Notes: generated from the letters alone by a model not told the origin. A stretch of 58,827 nucleotides of DNA from Candidatus Saccharimonadota bacterium (GCA_013694995.1 JACDBH010000004.1:1-58827); one strand, 5' to 3'; shown: positions 43,543 through 53,880, counted from the stretch's first letter. Program-made: numbers and translations.

Positions 43543-44316
43543 TTAAGCACTTAAGATACTCGAGCTTATTAGCTTAGGCTGCTCAAGGGTCAGGCTATGG
43601 GTGCCTTCTAATATTTGGGTGTGGATATGAGTGCGATCTATTTTAAGGCTAGCCAAATTGCCAAGCACAATTTTACTTTCATGGCTGCCATAGAATAAAT
43701 ATACCGGACAATGTACAGAGTTTAGATTTTTTTCAACGGTTTGCTGTTCGATAATATAATGCAAGCTCTCGGAATATGAACGCCAGGTATGCAGAACACT
43801 ATCTTCAGCCACGTGACGCGGCTTGTTTTTTAGATAATAACGGGCCAACCGCCTGCTAACGGGCCGTAGTCTATAGCACCATAGTGAACATAATATTCGT
43901 GAGGTATTACCGTAGTATGTGAATGCCAGCAGTTTCTTACCACGGGTGATATCACGTCTTGCTTCTTCTGGGCTAGTATAGATAGGCATTCCGATAAGAA
44001 CTAGTTTAGTAACCTCATCCGGGTAGGCGACAGCGTATTTCAAGGCTAGCAATGCGCCCATTGAATGAGCGGCTATGACAAATTGATTAAGTCCAAGTGA
44101 CTCCAGCGTGTCATGAAGCGCTTGTATGTGTGTACCGGCAGTATAATCCGTGGACGACTGCGGCGAACGGCCAAATCCCAGTAGGTCTACAGCTATAACC
44201 CGGTTGGTCTTGGATAATAATGGCAGATACGATTCCCAGTACCTAGAAGAGGATGCCATGCCATGAAGCAAAACTATTGGCTTACCCCGTCCGCTATCAA
44301 TATAATTAAGCAACAT
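43543..44316 (-). CDS. Alpha/beta hydrolase
   Basis: HGMASS oxyanion region and the nucleophile elbow AHSMGA. Confidence 0.8.
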   Translation of the reverse strand: MLLNYIDSGRGKPIVLLHGMASSSRYWESYLPLLSKTNRVIAVDLLGFGRSPQSSTDYTAGTHIQALHDTLESLGLNQFVIAAHSMGALLALKYAVAYPDEVTKLVLIGMPIYTSPEEARRDITRGKKLLAFTYYGNTSRILCSLWCYRLRPVSRRLARYYLKNKPRHVAEDSVLHTWRSYSESLHYIIEQQTVEKNLNSVHCPVYLFYGSHESKIVLGNLASLKIDRTHIHTQILEGTHSLTLEQPKLISSSILSA

Positions 44317-44521
44317 GATTATTAATTTTTCTTGAGTTTATATATCCCCAAATAAAGAGCGGTAAGGATATAGCTCCCCTCATTAACCAACCATAGACTG
44401 CGTATTTTTCTGATATATTTAATAAGAAGACATACAAGACTAGTATCAACAAGATAAAAATCAAAAACAGCTGCCAAGGTTTAAGATTCTTCATAGCAAT
44501 GGAGGGAATATTATTCAACAT
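44306..44521 (-). CDS. Small two-TM membrane protein
   Basis: Overlaps the downstream hydrolase start by 11 nt and has two hydrophobic helices. Confidence 0.5.
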   Translation of the reverse strand: MLNNIPSIAMKNLKPWQLFLIFILLILVLYVFLLNISEKYAVYGWLMRGAISLPLFIWGYINSRKINNHVA

Positions 44522-44548
44522 CTGCTTGGTTTACAAGACGGTTATGAT

Positions 44549-44624
44549 TGGTACGCCCGGACGGATTCGAACCGCCGACTTTCTGTTCCGAAGACAGACG
44601 CTCTATCCACTGAGCTACGGGCGC
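44549..44624 (-). tRNA. tRNA-Arg (anticodon UCG)
   Basis: 76-nt cloverleaf. Anticodon stem UCUGU/ACAGA, loop CUUCGGA, and the CCA is encoded. Confidence 0.9.
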
Positions 44625-44644
44625 ATTGTATGATATTATCACGT

Positions 44645-44992
44645 TTACTTATATTTAACTTCTTGCAATCTCCTATGTGTTCTTTCTCTATGGCAATTTG
44701 CACAGACTAGTTCACATTTAATTATTTCTTTCTTTAACGCCCCAATCCTACCAGTTTTTGAAAAATAGCTTATGATCCCAGATTTGTATGTATCTTCGAG
44801 ATGATCAAAATCCATTACATAGGCTGGGTAGTGCTTTTTGCAATCAGTACACGGATGATTTTCTTTTATATTTCGTACATAATTATCTATTTCACTTCTA
44901 TAACGACGATTTCTTGCCAAGTATAGACTCTTATTTGCTTGATAGTGCCTTTTACTTGCCGTCCGTCTGTCAGCTACATTCTTATAAGGCAT
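44645..44992 (-). CDS. Free-standing HNH endonuclease
   Basis: CTDCKK...DFDHL...CANCH zinc-finger/HNH signature. AT-rich, and 20 nt upstream of the tRNA-Arg. Confidence 0.75.
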   Translation of the reverse strand: MPYKNVADRRTASKRHYQANKSLYLARNRRYRSEIDNYVRNIKENHPCTDCKKHYPAYVMDFDHLEDTYKSGIISYFSKTGRIGALKKEIIKCELVCANCHRERTHRRLQEVKYK

Positions 44993-45077
44993 GTATTTAT
45001 TATAACATTAATATTTGTTCTAACCCCAAACTGCAAACATACTTATAAATGCATTTTATCTGTACAATAGGTTAGTT

Positions 45078-46358
45078 ATGACACATATTAAGAATTTTGA
45101 TGACATCAATCAAACCCTTACTAAGTATGTACCTTTATCGAAAGAAATTACCGGTAAGAATATAACACTGGATCGAATGCGGCCGATGATGGAGGCTTTG
45201 GGCAACCCGCAAAGACGACTGAAAATTGTCCATATTGCCGGAACAAGCGGCAAAACATCGACATCATACTATATCGCTGCCCTATTGACACAGGCAGGCA
45301 AGAAAACGGGCTTAACGGTTTCACCCCACGTCGACAGTGTGGCTGAACGAATTCAAATTAACTTAAAATCACTGGAAGAAAAGGAATTTGCAACTTCTTT
45401 AGTGGAATTTTTAGAAATACTTGAACAGTCTAGTATAAAACCAACTTATTTTGAACTAATAGTTGCATTTGCATACTGGTATTTCGTTAAAGCCGGCGTT
45501 GATTACGCAGTTATCGAAACAGGATTAGGCGGAATGCAAGACGGCACAAATGTAGCGGATAATTCTGATAAGGTTTGTGTTATTACAGACATTGGATTTG
45601 ATCACATGAATATCCTAGGGCACACCTTAGAGGAGATTTCGCGGCAAAAAGCCGGGATTATCCATACAAATAACAGCGCTATTATGTATCGCCAATCAGA
45701 AGTTGTAACAGATATTATTGAGGATTGGTGCAAAGAACATCAATCGACACTTAAACTTTTAGAAGAAAAAATTCTACAGGCAGATGCACCCGTAGCCCTG
45801 CAAGTATTGCCGTCTTTCCAGCAGCGCAACTGGCTCTTGGCATATGAGGCATATAAATTATTGAAGGCTCGGGACACTTTACCTGAGCTAAGTAGCGAAA
45901 AACTAGATGAATCGATGCAAATAAGGATTCCTGGCCGTATGGAAGAACAAATTATCGGTAGTAAAAAAATCATCATGGATGGCGCTCATAACGAGCAGAA
46001 AATCAAAACTTTTGTTAGTAGCTTTAAGACTAAATATCCACACACTACTCTCCCGGTACTACTGAGTTTAAAACAGGATAAAGAATTTGCTGGAGTTCTG
46101 CCGCTCCTAAAACCCATAACTAGCAGAATTATTATCACTGAATTTACTGCCACCCAGGATTTACCCGCAAAGGCGATCGACGCTCATGAGCTTGCTAAAG
46201 CTGCTAAGATCTTCGGATATCAGGATATTTCAGTGCAAGAAGATCAGGACAAAGCCTATAGGGAATTATTAGCTTGTCCTGGAAACATGGCGTTGGTTAT
46301 CGGCTCATTTTATTTGTTAGGTCAATTAAGGCATAATCATACTGAGCTAATCTCATGA
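45078..46358 (+). CDS. folC: Folylpolyglutamate synthase/dihydrofolate synthase
   Basis: Mur-ligase P-loop HIAGTSGKTST, and DGAHN. Confidence 0.88.
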   Translation: MTHIKNFDDINQTLTKYVPLSKEITGKNITLDRMRPMMEALGNPQRRLKIVHIAGTSGKTSTSYYIAALLTQAGKKTGLTVSPHVDSVAERIQINLKSLEEKEFATSLVEFLEILEQSSIKPTYFELIVAFAYWYFVKAGVDYAVIETGLGGMQDGTNVADNSDKVCVITDIGFDHMNILGHTLEEISRQKAGIIHTNNSAIMYRQSEVVTDIIEDWCKEHQSTLKLLEEKILQADAPVALQVLPSFQQRNWLLAYEAYKLLKARDTLPELSSEKLDESMQIRIPGRMEEQIIGSKKIIMDGAHNEQKIKTFVSSFKTKYPHTTLPVLLSLKQDKEFAGVLPLLKPITSRIIITEFTATQDLPAKAIDAHELAKAAKIFGYQDISVQEDQDKAYRELLACPGNMALVIGSFYLLGQLRHNHTELIS

Positions 46359-46828
46359 GTGAAATTAAAATTATTGCCGCTATTGATAGTAAAAGAGGCT
46401 TGGCCAAAGCGGGTAAGATCCCTTGGAATTTGCCGGCCGACCGCAGTTATTTCCGCAAACATGTTGAAGACGGTCCGGTCGCAATGGGTTGGAACACGTA
46501 TGTAAGTAACAAGTACAAACCTTACGGCAAAGGCAAAAATATTATTTTTACACGTCAACGCGAGAAACCCGATGACGTGGCGATCAGCAAGGATGCCATA
46601 AGATTTTTTAGCAAATTGAAAGAAGATATCTGGGTAGCCGGCGGCGGCCAGGTCTATAAGGCAGCACTGCCTTATGCTACCCATCTTTACCTAACCCGTG
46701 TTGAAGGAAATTTTCAATGCGACGTCTTCTTCCCGGAATTCGAAGACAAGTTCAAGCTTGCTCATAAGGAGAAGCTGAAGACCGAAAACAATACAAAGTA
46801 CCAGTTTGAGATTTGGGAGCGAAAGTAG
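46355..46828 (+). CDS. folA: Dihydrofolate reductase
   Basis: IIAAIDSKRGLAKAGKIPWNLPADRSYFRKH, and VAGGGQVY. Confidence 0.85.
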   Translation: MSEIKIIAAIDSKRGLAKAGKIPWNLPADRSYFRKHVEDGPVAMGWNTYVSNKYKPYGKGKNIIFTRQREKPDDVAISKDAIRFFSKLKEDIWVAGGGQVYKAALPYATHLYLTRVEGNFQCDVFFPEFEDKFKLAHKEKLKTENNTKYQFEIWERK

Positions 46829-46833
46829 TTACT

Positions 46834-48120
46834 TCAAGCTAAAACTGCGGTCGCAAGGCCTAAGAATACCAAAAAGCCCAGTACGTCTGTGGCAGTAGTA
46901 ATAAATATTGTGGCCGAGGCAGCTGGGTCTTTGCCTAACTTTGACATTATAAGCGGGACTAAAGTTCCGAAAAATGCCGCCACTAGCAAGTTAATAACCA
47001 TTGCCATTGCCAAAATTAAAGCTATTTTATAATCATGATTCACAAGTATTACGACTACCGCCACCAGCACACCATTGATTAAACCGTTGAACAGGCCGGC
47101 GCCCATCTCGTTGCGCAGCGTCCGCCAAGCAGTTTTGAGTTCAATCTGTTTGAGGGCTATACCGCGTACAATAACGGCCAAAGTTTGAGTGGCGGCATTA
47201 CCGCCCATACCGGCTACTATCGGCATATACACTGCCAATAAAACATATGAGGTCAAAGTAGCTTCGAATTGGCTGACAACAAAAGAGGCTAGGAAAGCAG
47301 TTGCCAGGTTAATAATTAACCAGCGGTAGCGGTTCTTAACCTTATTACGCGCTGAGTCTGCGACGCTTTCCTCGGCATGTATACCGGCAAAATCATACAG
47401 GGTCGATGCCTCAGATTCTTGTATAAGCTTCAAAATATCATCGGAATAAATAATACCGACCACCGCGTCAGAGTCATTTAATACGGCTACCTTGGCGTGC
47501 GGGTGTGAGGTGAACATATCCATGACTTCATCGTGGGTGGCAGCATAAGAAATCGTCGGTATCCGCTTAACGTATTTTTCTATTACTTCGGATTTGCGGG
47601 CGAACCCAAGCTCGTGACCAGGCAGAAATCCCGCTAGTTTTCCATCTTCTTTTTGGGCAAGGATGACAGGCGGCCGGCCAGTGCGCTTTTCATGTTGTTT
47701 GAATTTTTTTGCTACATCAGCGACATTATCACTTATATCTACCTGGATGTAATCAAGGGTCATAAGCCCGGCTGCTGTTTCGGCATCGAATTCCAGAAGT
47801 GTAGATATGGAGTCTTTTAAATCCTGACTTAGTACTAGCAGTACACTCTCGCGTTTTTTGGGGCTGAGTACCTGCAGTATGTCGGTAGCTTCGTCTGGAT
47901 CGACCGTTTGAAGGATTTCAGCTAAATCTTCTTCCGGTATATGCATCAGCACATCCCGTTTTACGGTTCGAGTCAAAGAATCAAGAACATCAATCCGTTT
48001 ATCAATCGGCAGCGCTAAAAATAGCTCCACCCTTTTATCTTTACGGAATAAGATATCAGTAAGCAGCTTTGGGCTGATCGAAGTAATATTCTTGGGTATT
48101 TTGATTTCTGGGATCTTCAT
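46834..48120 (-). CDS. mgtE: Magnesium transporter MgtE
   Basis: N-domain, tandem CBS domains, and a C-terminal TM domain with GMGGNAATQ. Confidence 0.93.
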   Translation of the reverse strand: MKIPEIKIPKNITSISPKLLTDILFRKDKRVELFLALPIDKRIDVLDSLTRTVKRDVLMHIPEEDLAEILQTVDPDEATDILQVLSPKKRESVLLVLSQDLKDSISTLLEFDAETAAGLMTLDYIQVDISDNVADVAKKFKQHEKRTGRPPVILAQKEDGKLAGFLPGHELGFARKSEVIEKYVKRIPTISYAATHDEVMDMFTSHPHAKVAVLNDSDAVVGIIYSDDILKLIQESEASTLYDFAGIHAEESVADSARNKVKNRYRWLIINLATAFLASFVVSQFEATLTSYVLLAVYMPIVAGMGGNAATQTLAVIVRGIALKQIELKTAWRTLRNEMGAGLFNGLINGVLVAVVVILVNHDYKIALILAMAMVINLLVAAFFGTLVPLIMSKLGKDPAASATIFITTATDVLGFLVFLGLATAVLA

Positions 48121-48285
48121 ACACCGCTTTTCTATTCAACTAATCTATTTAGATTAATTATAACAACCTGCTTGCATTTAAGGTAAACGATATCAATTCA
48201 CATTAGTATTATTATTGCAATAAAGTGTTTCGCAGCAATTGGCTATGCATCGGCATAAAATAAGGTGTATAACTAGGAGTCTAAA

Positions 48286-49152
48286 ATGGCACTATGGGAT
48301 AAAATTAGCAGTCGCGGCAATGTTGAGGACCGGCGCGGTATGAGTCCGCAGGGTCTTGCGGGCGGGATTGGCGGCCTCGGTCTTACGGGTGTAATTATCT
48401 ATCTGGTTATCAGCCTATTAAGCGGAGGAAGTAGTTCATCTAATCTTGATCAGCTATTACAGCAACTGCAACAAGGTGGTGTTACACAACAGACTGGCCA
48501 GCCGGAACAGTTTGCTGGAGCTGATCAGTACGAAACTTTCGCATCGGCCGTAGTCGGTTCAAACAATGACCTGTGGCGCGAAGTTTTTACAAAAAACAGC
48601 CAGACTTATGATGAACCCAAATTAGTTTTGTTCCGCAGCCTTACCAATTCTGGCTGCGGTTATGCCAGCTCGCAAGTCGGCCCACATTACTGTCCTACCG
48701 ATAAAACAGTTTATCTGGATGAAACATTTTTTGATGAACTACAAAAACGCTTTGGTGCTGAAGGCGGTGATGTTGCTGAGGCCTACGTACTTTCCCACGA
48801 AGTCGGCCATCATGCCCAAAACGAGCTGGGTATTATGGAAGAAGTACAGCGAGCCCAGCAAGCTGATCCCGCAGCGGCAAATGATTTGTCAATTAAATTA
48901 GAACTCCAAGCTGACTGTTTTGCCGGTTTGTGGGCTTACTCCATCAAGGATTTAGGAGTATTCACACCCGGTGAAATAAACGAAGCTATCAACGCTGCCG
49001 AAGCCGTCGGTGACGACCGCATTCAAGAAAAAGTTCAGGGTCAGGTAAATCCAGAGTCTTGGACCCATGGTTCTTCCGCCCAGCGTGTAGAATGGTTTAA
49101 CCGCGGTTATGAGAGCGGCCAGGTTGCTACCTGTAATACATTTGCGGCGTAA
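48286..49152 (+). CDS. YpfJ-family neutral zinc metallopeptidase
   Basis: N-terminal TM, SHEVGHHAQN (HExxH) and a LELQADCFAG motif. Confidence 0.85.
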   Translation: MALWDKISSRGNVEDRRGMSPQGLAGGIGGLGLTGVIIYLVISLLSGGSSSSNLDQLLQQLQQGGVTQQTGQPEQFAGADQYETFASAVVGSNNDLWREVFTKNSQTYDEPKLVLFRSLTNSGCGYASSQVGPHYCPTDKTVYLDETFFDELQKRFGAEGGDVAEAYVLSHEVGHHAQNELGIMEEVQRAQQADPAAANDLSIKLELQADCFAGLWAYSIKDLGVFTPGEINEAINAAEAVGDDRIQEKVQGQVNPESWTHGSSAQRVEWFNRGYESGQVATCNTFAA

Positions 49153-49208
49153 TTTAAAAGAAGGGCATATTGCCCCTCTTTTAAATTAATATTGTGAGTA
49201 CTGTAAAT

Positions 49209-49373
49209 TTAGCTGAGCATGTTCATGCTGTCACTGTCTGTATCGTTGCTCGGCATACTATCAGTACGGTTACTTTGGCGGGCTTTGCCACCTGCGCGGG
49301 CTACTCGCTCACGAGTTGCCTTATCAGCGCTTGCCAGTCCCCGCTTGCTCTTTCCGGTTCTGTTATTGGCCAT
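49209..49373 (-). CDS. KGG-repeat/YciG-like small stress protein (54 aa)
   Basis: Not in the ORF track. AGGAGGG lies 4 nt upstream of the ATG. Product contains RGLASADKATRERVARAGGKA. The plus-strand ORFs at 49194-49437 are antisense artefacts. Confidence 0.7.
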   Translation of the reverse strand: MANNRTGKSKRGLASADKATRERVARAGGKARQSNRTDSMPSNDTDSDSMNMLS

Positions 49374-49530
49374 TTACCCTCCTTTTCTTAGATTTGCATG
49401 TCTAACAATAGGACTTCTGATAAGTATAAGCAGTTAATTATCTAACAGCGCTTTATGCAATTTATTGTAAAGAATAGTTAATTAGATTATTAATATTTTC
49501 CTACCATAACCACAATGAAGGTACTTGATT

Positions 49531-49800
49531 CTATCCAAGTTTTTTATAAAGTGTGCCTGTAATGGCCAGGGTAGATATACCTATGCCCAACAGTATTACC
49601 GGATTATTGGAAAGCAGGTCTATCTTGTCAATAATCCCTTCAAAACCGTAAAAAGTAGCAACTAGGCCGAATGCCCCAAGCATTGTGAAAAGAAGGGGGA
49701 ATTTATGTACCGCATTTTGGCGCTGTTCAGACAGCTTATGTAGTACATTAATTTCTTTTTCCCTTAAGCTGCTGGGTACAGGCATTGAAGTTTTCTTCAT
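49531..49800 (-). CDS. Small two-TM membrane protein
   Basis: Hydrophobic helices FPLLFTMLGAFGLVATFYGF and VILLGIGISTLAITG. Confidence 0.5.
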   Translation of the reverse strand: MKKTSMPVPSSLREKEINVLHKLSEQRQNAVHKFPLLFTMLGAFGLVATFYGFEGIIDKIDLLSNNPVILLGIGISTLAITGTLYKKLG

Positions 49801-49842
49801 GATAGTAAAAGTATAGCAGGCTTAACCTTATGTAGTAGTTGC

Positions 49843-51807
49843 TTATAAGCCGAAGCCGCGCTCAAATAGCGGCCTAGTTCTGTTATTGGTTATGCCGTTA
49901 GTGTTAATGGGTAATTGCTGTATGACTGATGGCCAAGGCAGGGGAAGCTTCCCGCTGAATTTACTGTTGCCAAATAATACGTCGGCGACACCGCCTCCCT
50001 CGCTGCCCGGTAACCATGCCGCCACGGCCGCATCCCAACCCGTTATCTGATCCGTAATAAGTAGTGGCCTGCCTGACAATATAACCACGACAACTTTATT
50101 GCTGCTTAACTTTAGGCGCTGGATAACCTCCAGGTCTGCTTTCTCGATTGTTGGGTTAGCGTTGTCCCCCCAGCCTTCGGCGTATGGTCTCTCGCTAATT
50201 ATGGCAATTCCGACATCGGCTTTAGATGTTAAACCGTCAAAAATACCGCTGATATCATATTCAATCCGGTTATTTCCCGCTAGCTGGCGGATGCCTTGTA
50301 ATATTGATGTTCCCCCGGGCATCCAATTACCATCAACGCCTTGCCACTCAACTGTCCAGGCACCGGATTGCCGTCCGACATTATCGGCACCACTTCCAGC
50401 TATTAGTATGTGTCCGGAATTTTTAGACAAGGGTAGCAAAGTGTTTTCATTTTTTAATAGCACAACAGATGATGCTACGGCTTGGCGCGCTAGCTGCCGA
50501 TGAGTGACCGACCCTACATTTTCTAATCCCGCATTTTCAGTATCGATATCAAACAAACCTGCCTTAAATTTCTGATACAGAATCCGGCTGACGGCATCGT
50601 CGATTCTTGAGCGGCTGATTTTACCGCTTTTCACGGCCTTGCGGACGTCAATTAAAAAATCTTTGTAGTCGTAAGGAAGCATAGCCATATCAAGCCCTGC
50701 ATTTATAGTATTTATATTAGCTTGGTATTTACTTGTTTCGGCATACTCATACACTCCATACCAGTCCGACACTACGAAGCCCTTAAAACCAAGCTCAGTT
50801 TTAAGTTTGTCAGTTAATAAATACTTGCTGTCGATTACGCGCTGCTCGCCCCACTGGTTGAGCCCAATCATAACGCTGGATACGCCAACCTCTACAGCAG
50901 CTTTATATGGCGGCAAATACTCACTAACCAGCGCCTGTTCGTCCGCACTGGTCCTGCCTTGGTCAATCTTGAACTTTTTATTATTAGATTGGTTCCATTC
51001 CATAGCTCCTGTCGCCAAATAATGTTTTGCAGCCGCCATAATAGAAGGGTTGCCGGACATAGCCGCCTGCATACCTTCTATAAAAGCTGCGCCCAGAGTT
51101 CCGTTAAGCATAGGATCATCTGAAAAAGCTTCATAAACTCTGCCCCAGCGGATATCTTTTGGCGCGTCTAGAGAAGGCGAAAAGTTCCAGTTGACTCCGG
51201 TTGCGGTCAGCTCAGCCGCCGTGGCTTTAGCTACTGCTGTAACTAGGTCGGCATCCCTACTGGCGCCCAGGCCGATCGCGTGCGGGAAAATAGTTGCCCC
51301 CAACACGTTAGAATGGCCATGGTTGGCATCAATACCATATAAAATCGGTATCCGCAGGCGTGAGTTGTCCGCTTGGCTTTTAATTTCACTAACCATATCA
51401 AGCCAGCCTTGGGGTGTATTGATATCAGGTTTAGCCCCGGCGCCACTAAGCATACCCCCTAAGTAATACCTACTGACGTCCTCAATTTTTTTCAAACTGT
51501 TTTTATCTACCAGCGCCATTTGGCCGATTTTCTCCTCTAGAGTCATACGGCCTAAAAGGTCCTGGACCCTTGACTCAATTGGCTGGCCAGATTGTTTGTA
51601 TAATGCATCCGCGGGGGGTGGGGGCAGCTTAAGTCCTAAGTCTTCAGGACGCTGTAAATACGCCGCCGTCCCAGCAATAATAGCTAGTGCAACCAGTAAA
51701 ACTAATTTACGACTTAGTATCGGCTTATTCCAGCTTAGATTTCGCTTTACCTTAGCCGATCTTTTAGATTTTTTTACTTTGCGGCTGACTTTGCTCTTTT
51801 TTAACAT
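49843..51807 (-). CDS. Glycoside hydrolase family 3 (beta-glucosidase/hexosaminidase-like), N-terminally anchored
   Basis: KHYLATG, GFVVSDW (nucleophile Asp) and a C-terminal GH3 domain. Confidence 0.88.
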   Translation of the reverse strand: MLKKSKVSRKVKKSKRSAKVKRNLSWNKPILSRKLVLLVALAIIAGTAAYLQRPEDLGLKLPPPPADALYKQSGQPIESRVQDLLGRMTLEEKIGQMALVDKNSLKKIEDVSRYYLGGMLSGAGAKPDINTPQGWLDMVSEIKSQADNSRLRIPILYGIDANHGHSNVLGATIFPHAIGLGASRDADLVTAVAKATAAELTATGVNWNFSPSLDAPKDIRWGRVYEAFSDDPMLNGTLGAAFIEGMQAAMSGNPSIMAAAKHYLATGAMEWNQSNNKKFKIDQGRTSADEQALVSEYLPPYKAAVEVGVSSVMIGLNQWGEQRVIDSKYLLTDKLKTELGFKGFVVSDWYGVYEYAETSKYQANINTINAGLDMAMLPYDYKDFLIDVRKAVKSGKISRSRIDDAVSRILYQKFKAGLFDIDTENAGLENVGSVTHRQLARQAVASSVVLLKNENTLLPLSKNSGHILIAGSGADNVGRQSGAWTVEWQGVDGNWMPGGTSILQGIRQLAGNNRIEYDISGIFDGLTSKADVGIAIISERPYAEGWGDNANPTIEKADLEVIQRLKLSSNKVVVVILSGRPLLITDQITGWDAAVAAWLPGSEGGGVADVLFGNSKFSGKLPLPWPSVIQQLPINTNGITNNRTRPLFERGFGL

Positions 51808-51871
51808 TAGTACTATCTTAACATCGATAGGACTACAGAGGATTACTTTTTACTGCAAGAATGTATTGTCT

Positions 51872-52243
51872 TCATACCATATGGCTAATGCAGACCCAGT
51901 TACCGGCAGGGTCTTTAAACCAAGCAGCATCGCCCATTTCGGGGTGGCTCATGACACCTGTAGCGTCTGAGCCTTCAAGTTTTTCAACTTGTATGCCATT
52001 TTCACCTAGTTCTTTAACTGCTGAGTGGACATCATCAACTTCTACGCCTAATACTGTAGAATCCCAGGCCTTATGATCACTTTTAAAATATATGTTGATT
52101 TTAGTACCACTACCACTCTCTAGTACGATATCGTTCTCATTTTCTTTTTTCACTTTGAAACCAAGTTTATCAACGTAAAAGTTTTTTGCTTCTGCTAAAT
52201 CGTCAACACTAAAATTAGCATGAGTATTATTTTGTCCTAACAT
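51872..52243 (-). CDS. VOC/glyoxalase-family protein
   Basis: About 120 aa, with a FYVDKLGF motif. Confidence 0.7.
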   Translation of the reverse strand: MLGQNNTHANFSVDDLAEAKNFYVDKLGFKVKKENENDIVLESGSGTKINIYFKSDHKAWDSTVLGVEVDDVHSAVKELGENGIQVEKLEGSDATGVMSHPEMGDAAWFKDPAGNWVCISHMV

Positions 52244-52398
52244 TCCAGCCTCCTTATTTACATTTAAATTATACTCTTAGCCCTAGCAACAAGCCAATAA
52301 TACTCAGTTGGGCCATAGTATATGAGTGGCAAAACGAAACTCTGGAATTCAACAATAATAACGCTCACGTTAAGGTAGTCATAAAAACATAACTCGCT

Positions 52399-52432
52399 TG
52401 GAGGGCCAGCGTAGATTCTGTATCAGCTAATT
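52399..52432 (-). repeat. att-like junction R1 (tRNA-Lys(CUU) 3'-end copy plus shared arm)
   Basis: tggagggccagcg is identical to 55440-55452. It is followed by tagattctgtatcagcta, which is related to R2 and R3. Confidence 0.8.
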
Positions 52433-52824
52433 TTCGGTTTACGCAGCGCCATTAGCTTGCGAATACCTAGATAAATTCCGCAAACAACCAGTGACCAAAA
52501 TATCCAGTTTATGTAAAAGTTTATAGTAGTAAAAGATTCGTTTAGAAATCCAAATGCCGAACTAGCGTTATCCATGTCGCTACAATCATTAAAACTTGCC
52601 TTCACGGTTGAATGGGTTGGGTATCCAACATGGCGCATACTCATGTCAACCTGATAATTCAAACCAGTGCATAGCATTCGTTCAGGTACCAGTTGTCCAG
52701 TGTTAAACTCAGAATCACGTGGTTGCTCAAAGCCTCTGAAGTAACTTACCTGTTTTGAGTTCGGGAGTACAATCAGCAATATGTTTATAATCAATCCAAG
52801 TATCACCGCTATGCCAACGATCAT
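52423..52824 (-). CDS. Cassette 1: two-TM hypothetical protein
   Basis: The start is taken at MIVGIAV. The 25-codon upstream extension runs through a hairpin and repeat R2. Confidence 0.5.
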   Translation of the reverse strand: MIVGIAVILGLIINILLIVLPNSKQVSYFRGFEQPRDSEFNTGQLVPERMLCTGLNYQVDMSMRHVGYPTHSTVKASFNDCSDMDNASSAFGFLNESFTTINFYINWIFWSLVVCGIYLGIRKLMALRKPKIS

Positions 52825-52888
52825 CTTCTTCACAACTTTACTATAACAAAAACAGAGGCAAATGCCTCTGTTATAAGCATAAGTGTAT

Positions 52889-52921
52889 TGGAGGGCCATA
52901 GTGCACGTTATTGCAACTATG
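52889..52921 (-). repeat. att-like junction R2
   Basis: tggagggcca (10 nt of the core) followed by tagtgcacgttattgcaactatg. Confidence 0.7.
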
Positions 52922-53020
52922 CTTCAAGCATAGTTAGCTACCAACCTGAACGTAGGTTATTTGTGCATCTTAATAGTGTAGTATTATTAGGCAGGAATCA
53001 TTATCTAAAGAAGGGCTAGA

Positions 53021-53836
53021 ATGAAGTACTCAAGTATAAAGGACCTTTACGCCAAAGTAAGCAGCGAGTTAAATACCCTGGCTATAATAGTTGCTGTAGT
53101 TTCTCTTCTACTGGCAATTGCACTGCCAAATACAGTTAGTGCAACTCATTCTTGGAATAATTACCACTGGGCAAGGCAGGCTAACCCATTTACCTTAAAG
53201 CTAAGTAGTAATTTATCGACAAACTGGCAGCCTTATTTAATAACAGCATCTAGTGATTGGTCTCAATCGAGTGTCTTGGACACGGTCGCGGTAACAGGAA
53301 CTAAGAATCCAAAAACCTGCAAGCCAACTTTAGGCCAAGCAGAAATTTGTAATGCAAGCTACGGACGGAATGGTTGGTTGGGGCTGGCACAGATTTGGAT
53401 TAGCGGATCGCATATCACCCAAGGCGCGGTTAAGATGAATGACACCTACATGAGTAAGGCACCGTATAATACCGTTGCGGAAAAGAATCATGTTATGTGT
53501 CAAGAAGTAGGACATATTTTTGGGTTGGGTCATCAAGATGAATCAGGCGCTGATCTTGGAACATGTATGGATTATTCTATGAGTACAAATAGCCAACGTC
53601 CTAACCCTCACGATTACGAACAACTGCAGCAAATTTATAATCACCTAGATAGCACCACTTCAGTAGGTGCAATTGTGAACACGGACGCAGCTAGTGATAG
53701 TAGCGACTTGAATAGTTCGCAAAACTGGGGCCGTCGGGTATTTCGCTCAAAAAGCGGTTTTGTTGAAGTTTATGAGCGTACGTACAAAGATGGTAGCAAG
53801 TTGATTTCACTTGTAAATTTAGCTGATCACCAATAG
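53021..53836 (+). CDS. Cassette 2: secreted metzincin-like protein with QExxHxxGxxH
   Basis: Signal/anchor segment, then CQEVGHIFGLGHQDE. The first His of the canonical HExxH is Gln. Confidence 0.65.
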   Translation: MKYSSIKDLYAKVSSELNTLAIIVAVVSLLLAIALPNTVSATHSWNNYHWARQANPFTLKLSSNLSTNWQPYLITASSDWSQSSVLDTVAVTGTKNPKTCKPTLGQAEICNASYGRNGWLGLAQIWISGSHITQGAVKMNDTYMSKAPYNTVAEKNHVMCQEVGHIFGLGHQDESGADLGTCMDYSMSTNSQRPNPHDYEQLQQIYNHLDSTTSVGAIVNTDAASDSSDLNSSQNWGRRVFRSKSGFVEVYERTYKDGSKLISLVNLADHQ

Positions 53837-53845
53837 TCTAATTTT

Positions 53846-53880
53846 TGGAGGGCCAGCGTAGGCGCTGTAGCAACTATTTT
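53846..53880 (-). repeat. att-like junction R3
   Basis: tggagggccagcg followed by taggcgctgtagcaactatttt. Confidence 0.8.

Noticed and set aside
49194-49437. Two overlapping plus-strand ORFs (65 and 72 aa)
   Set aside because: They are antisense to a 54-aa KGG/YciG-like gene that has a strong RBS and a recognisable motif.
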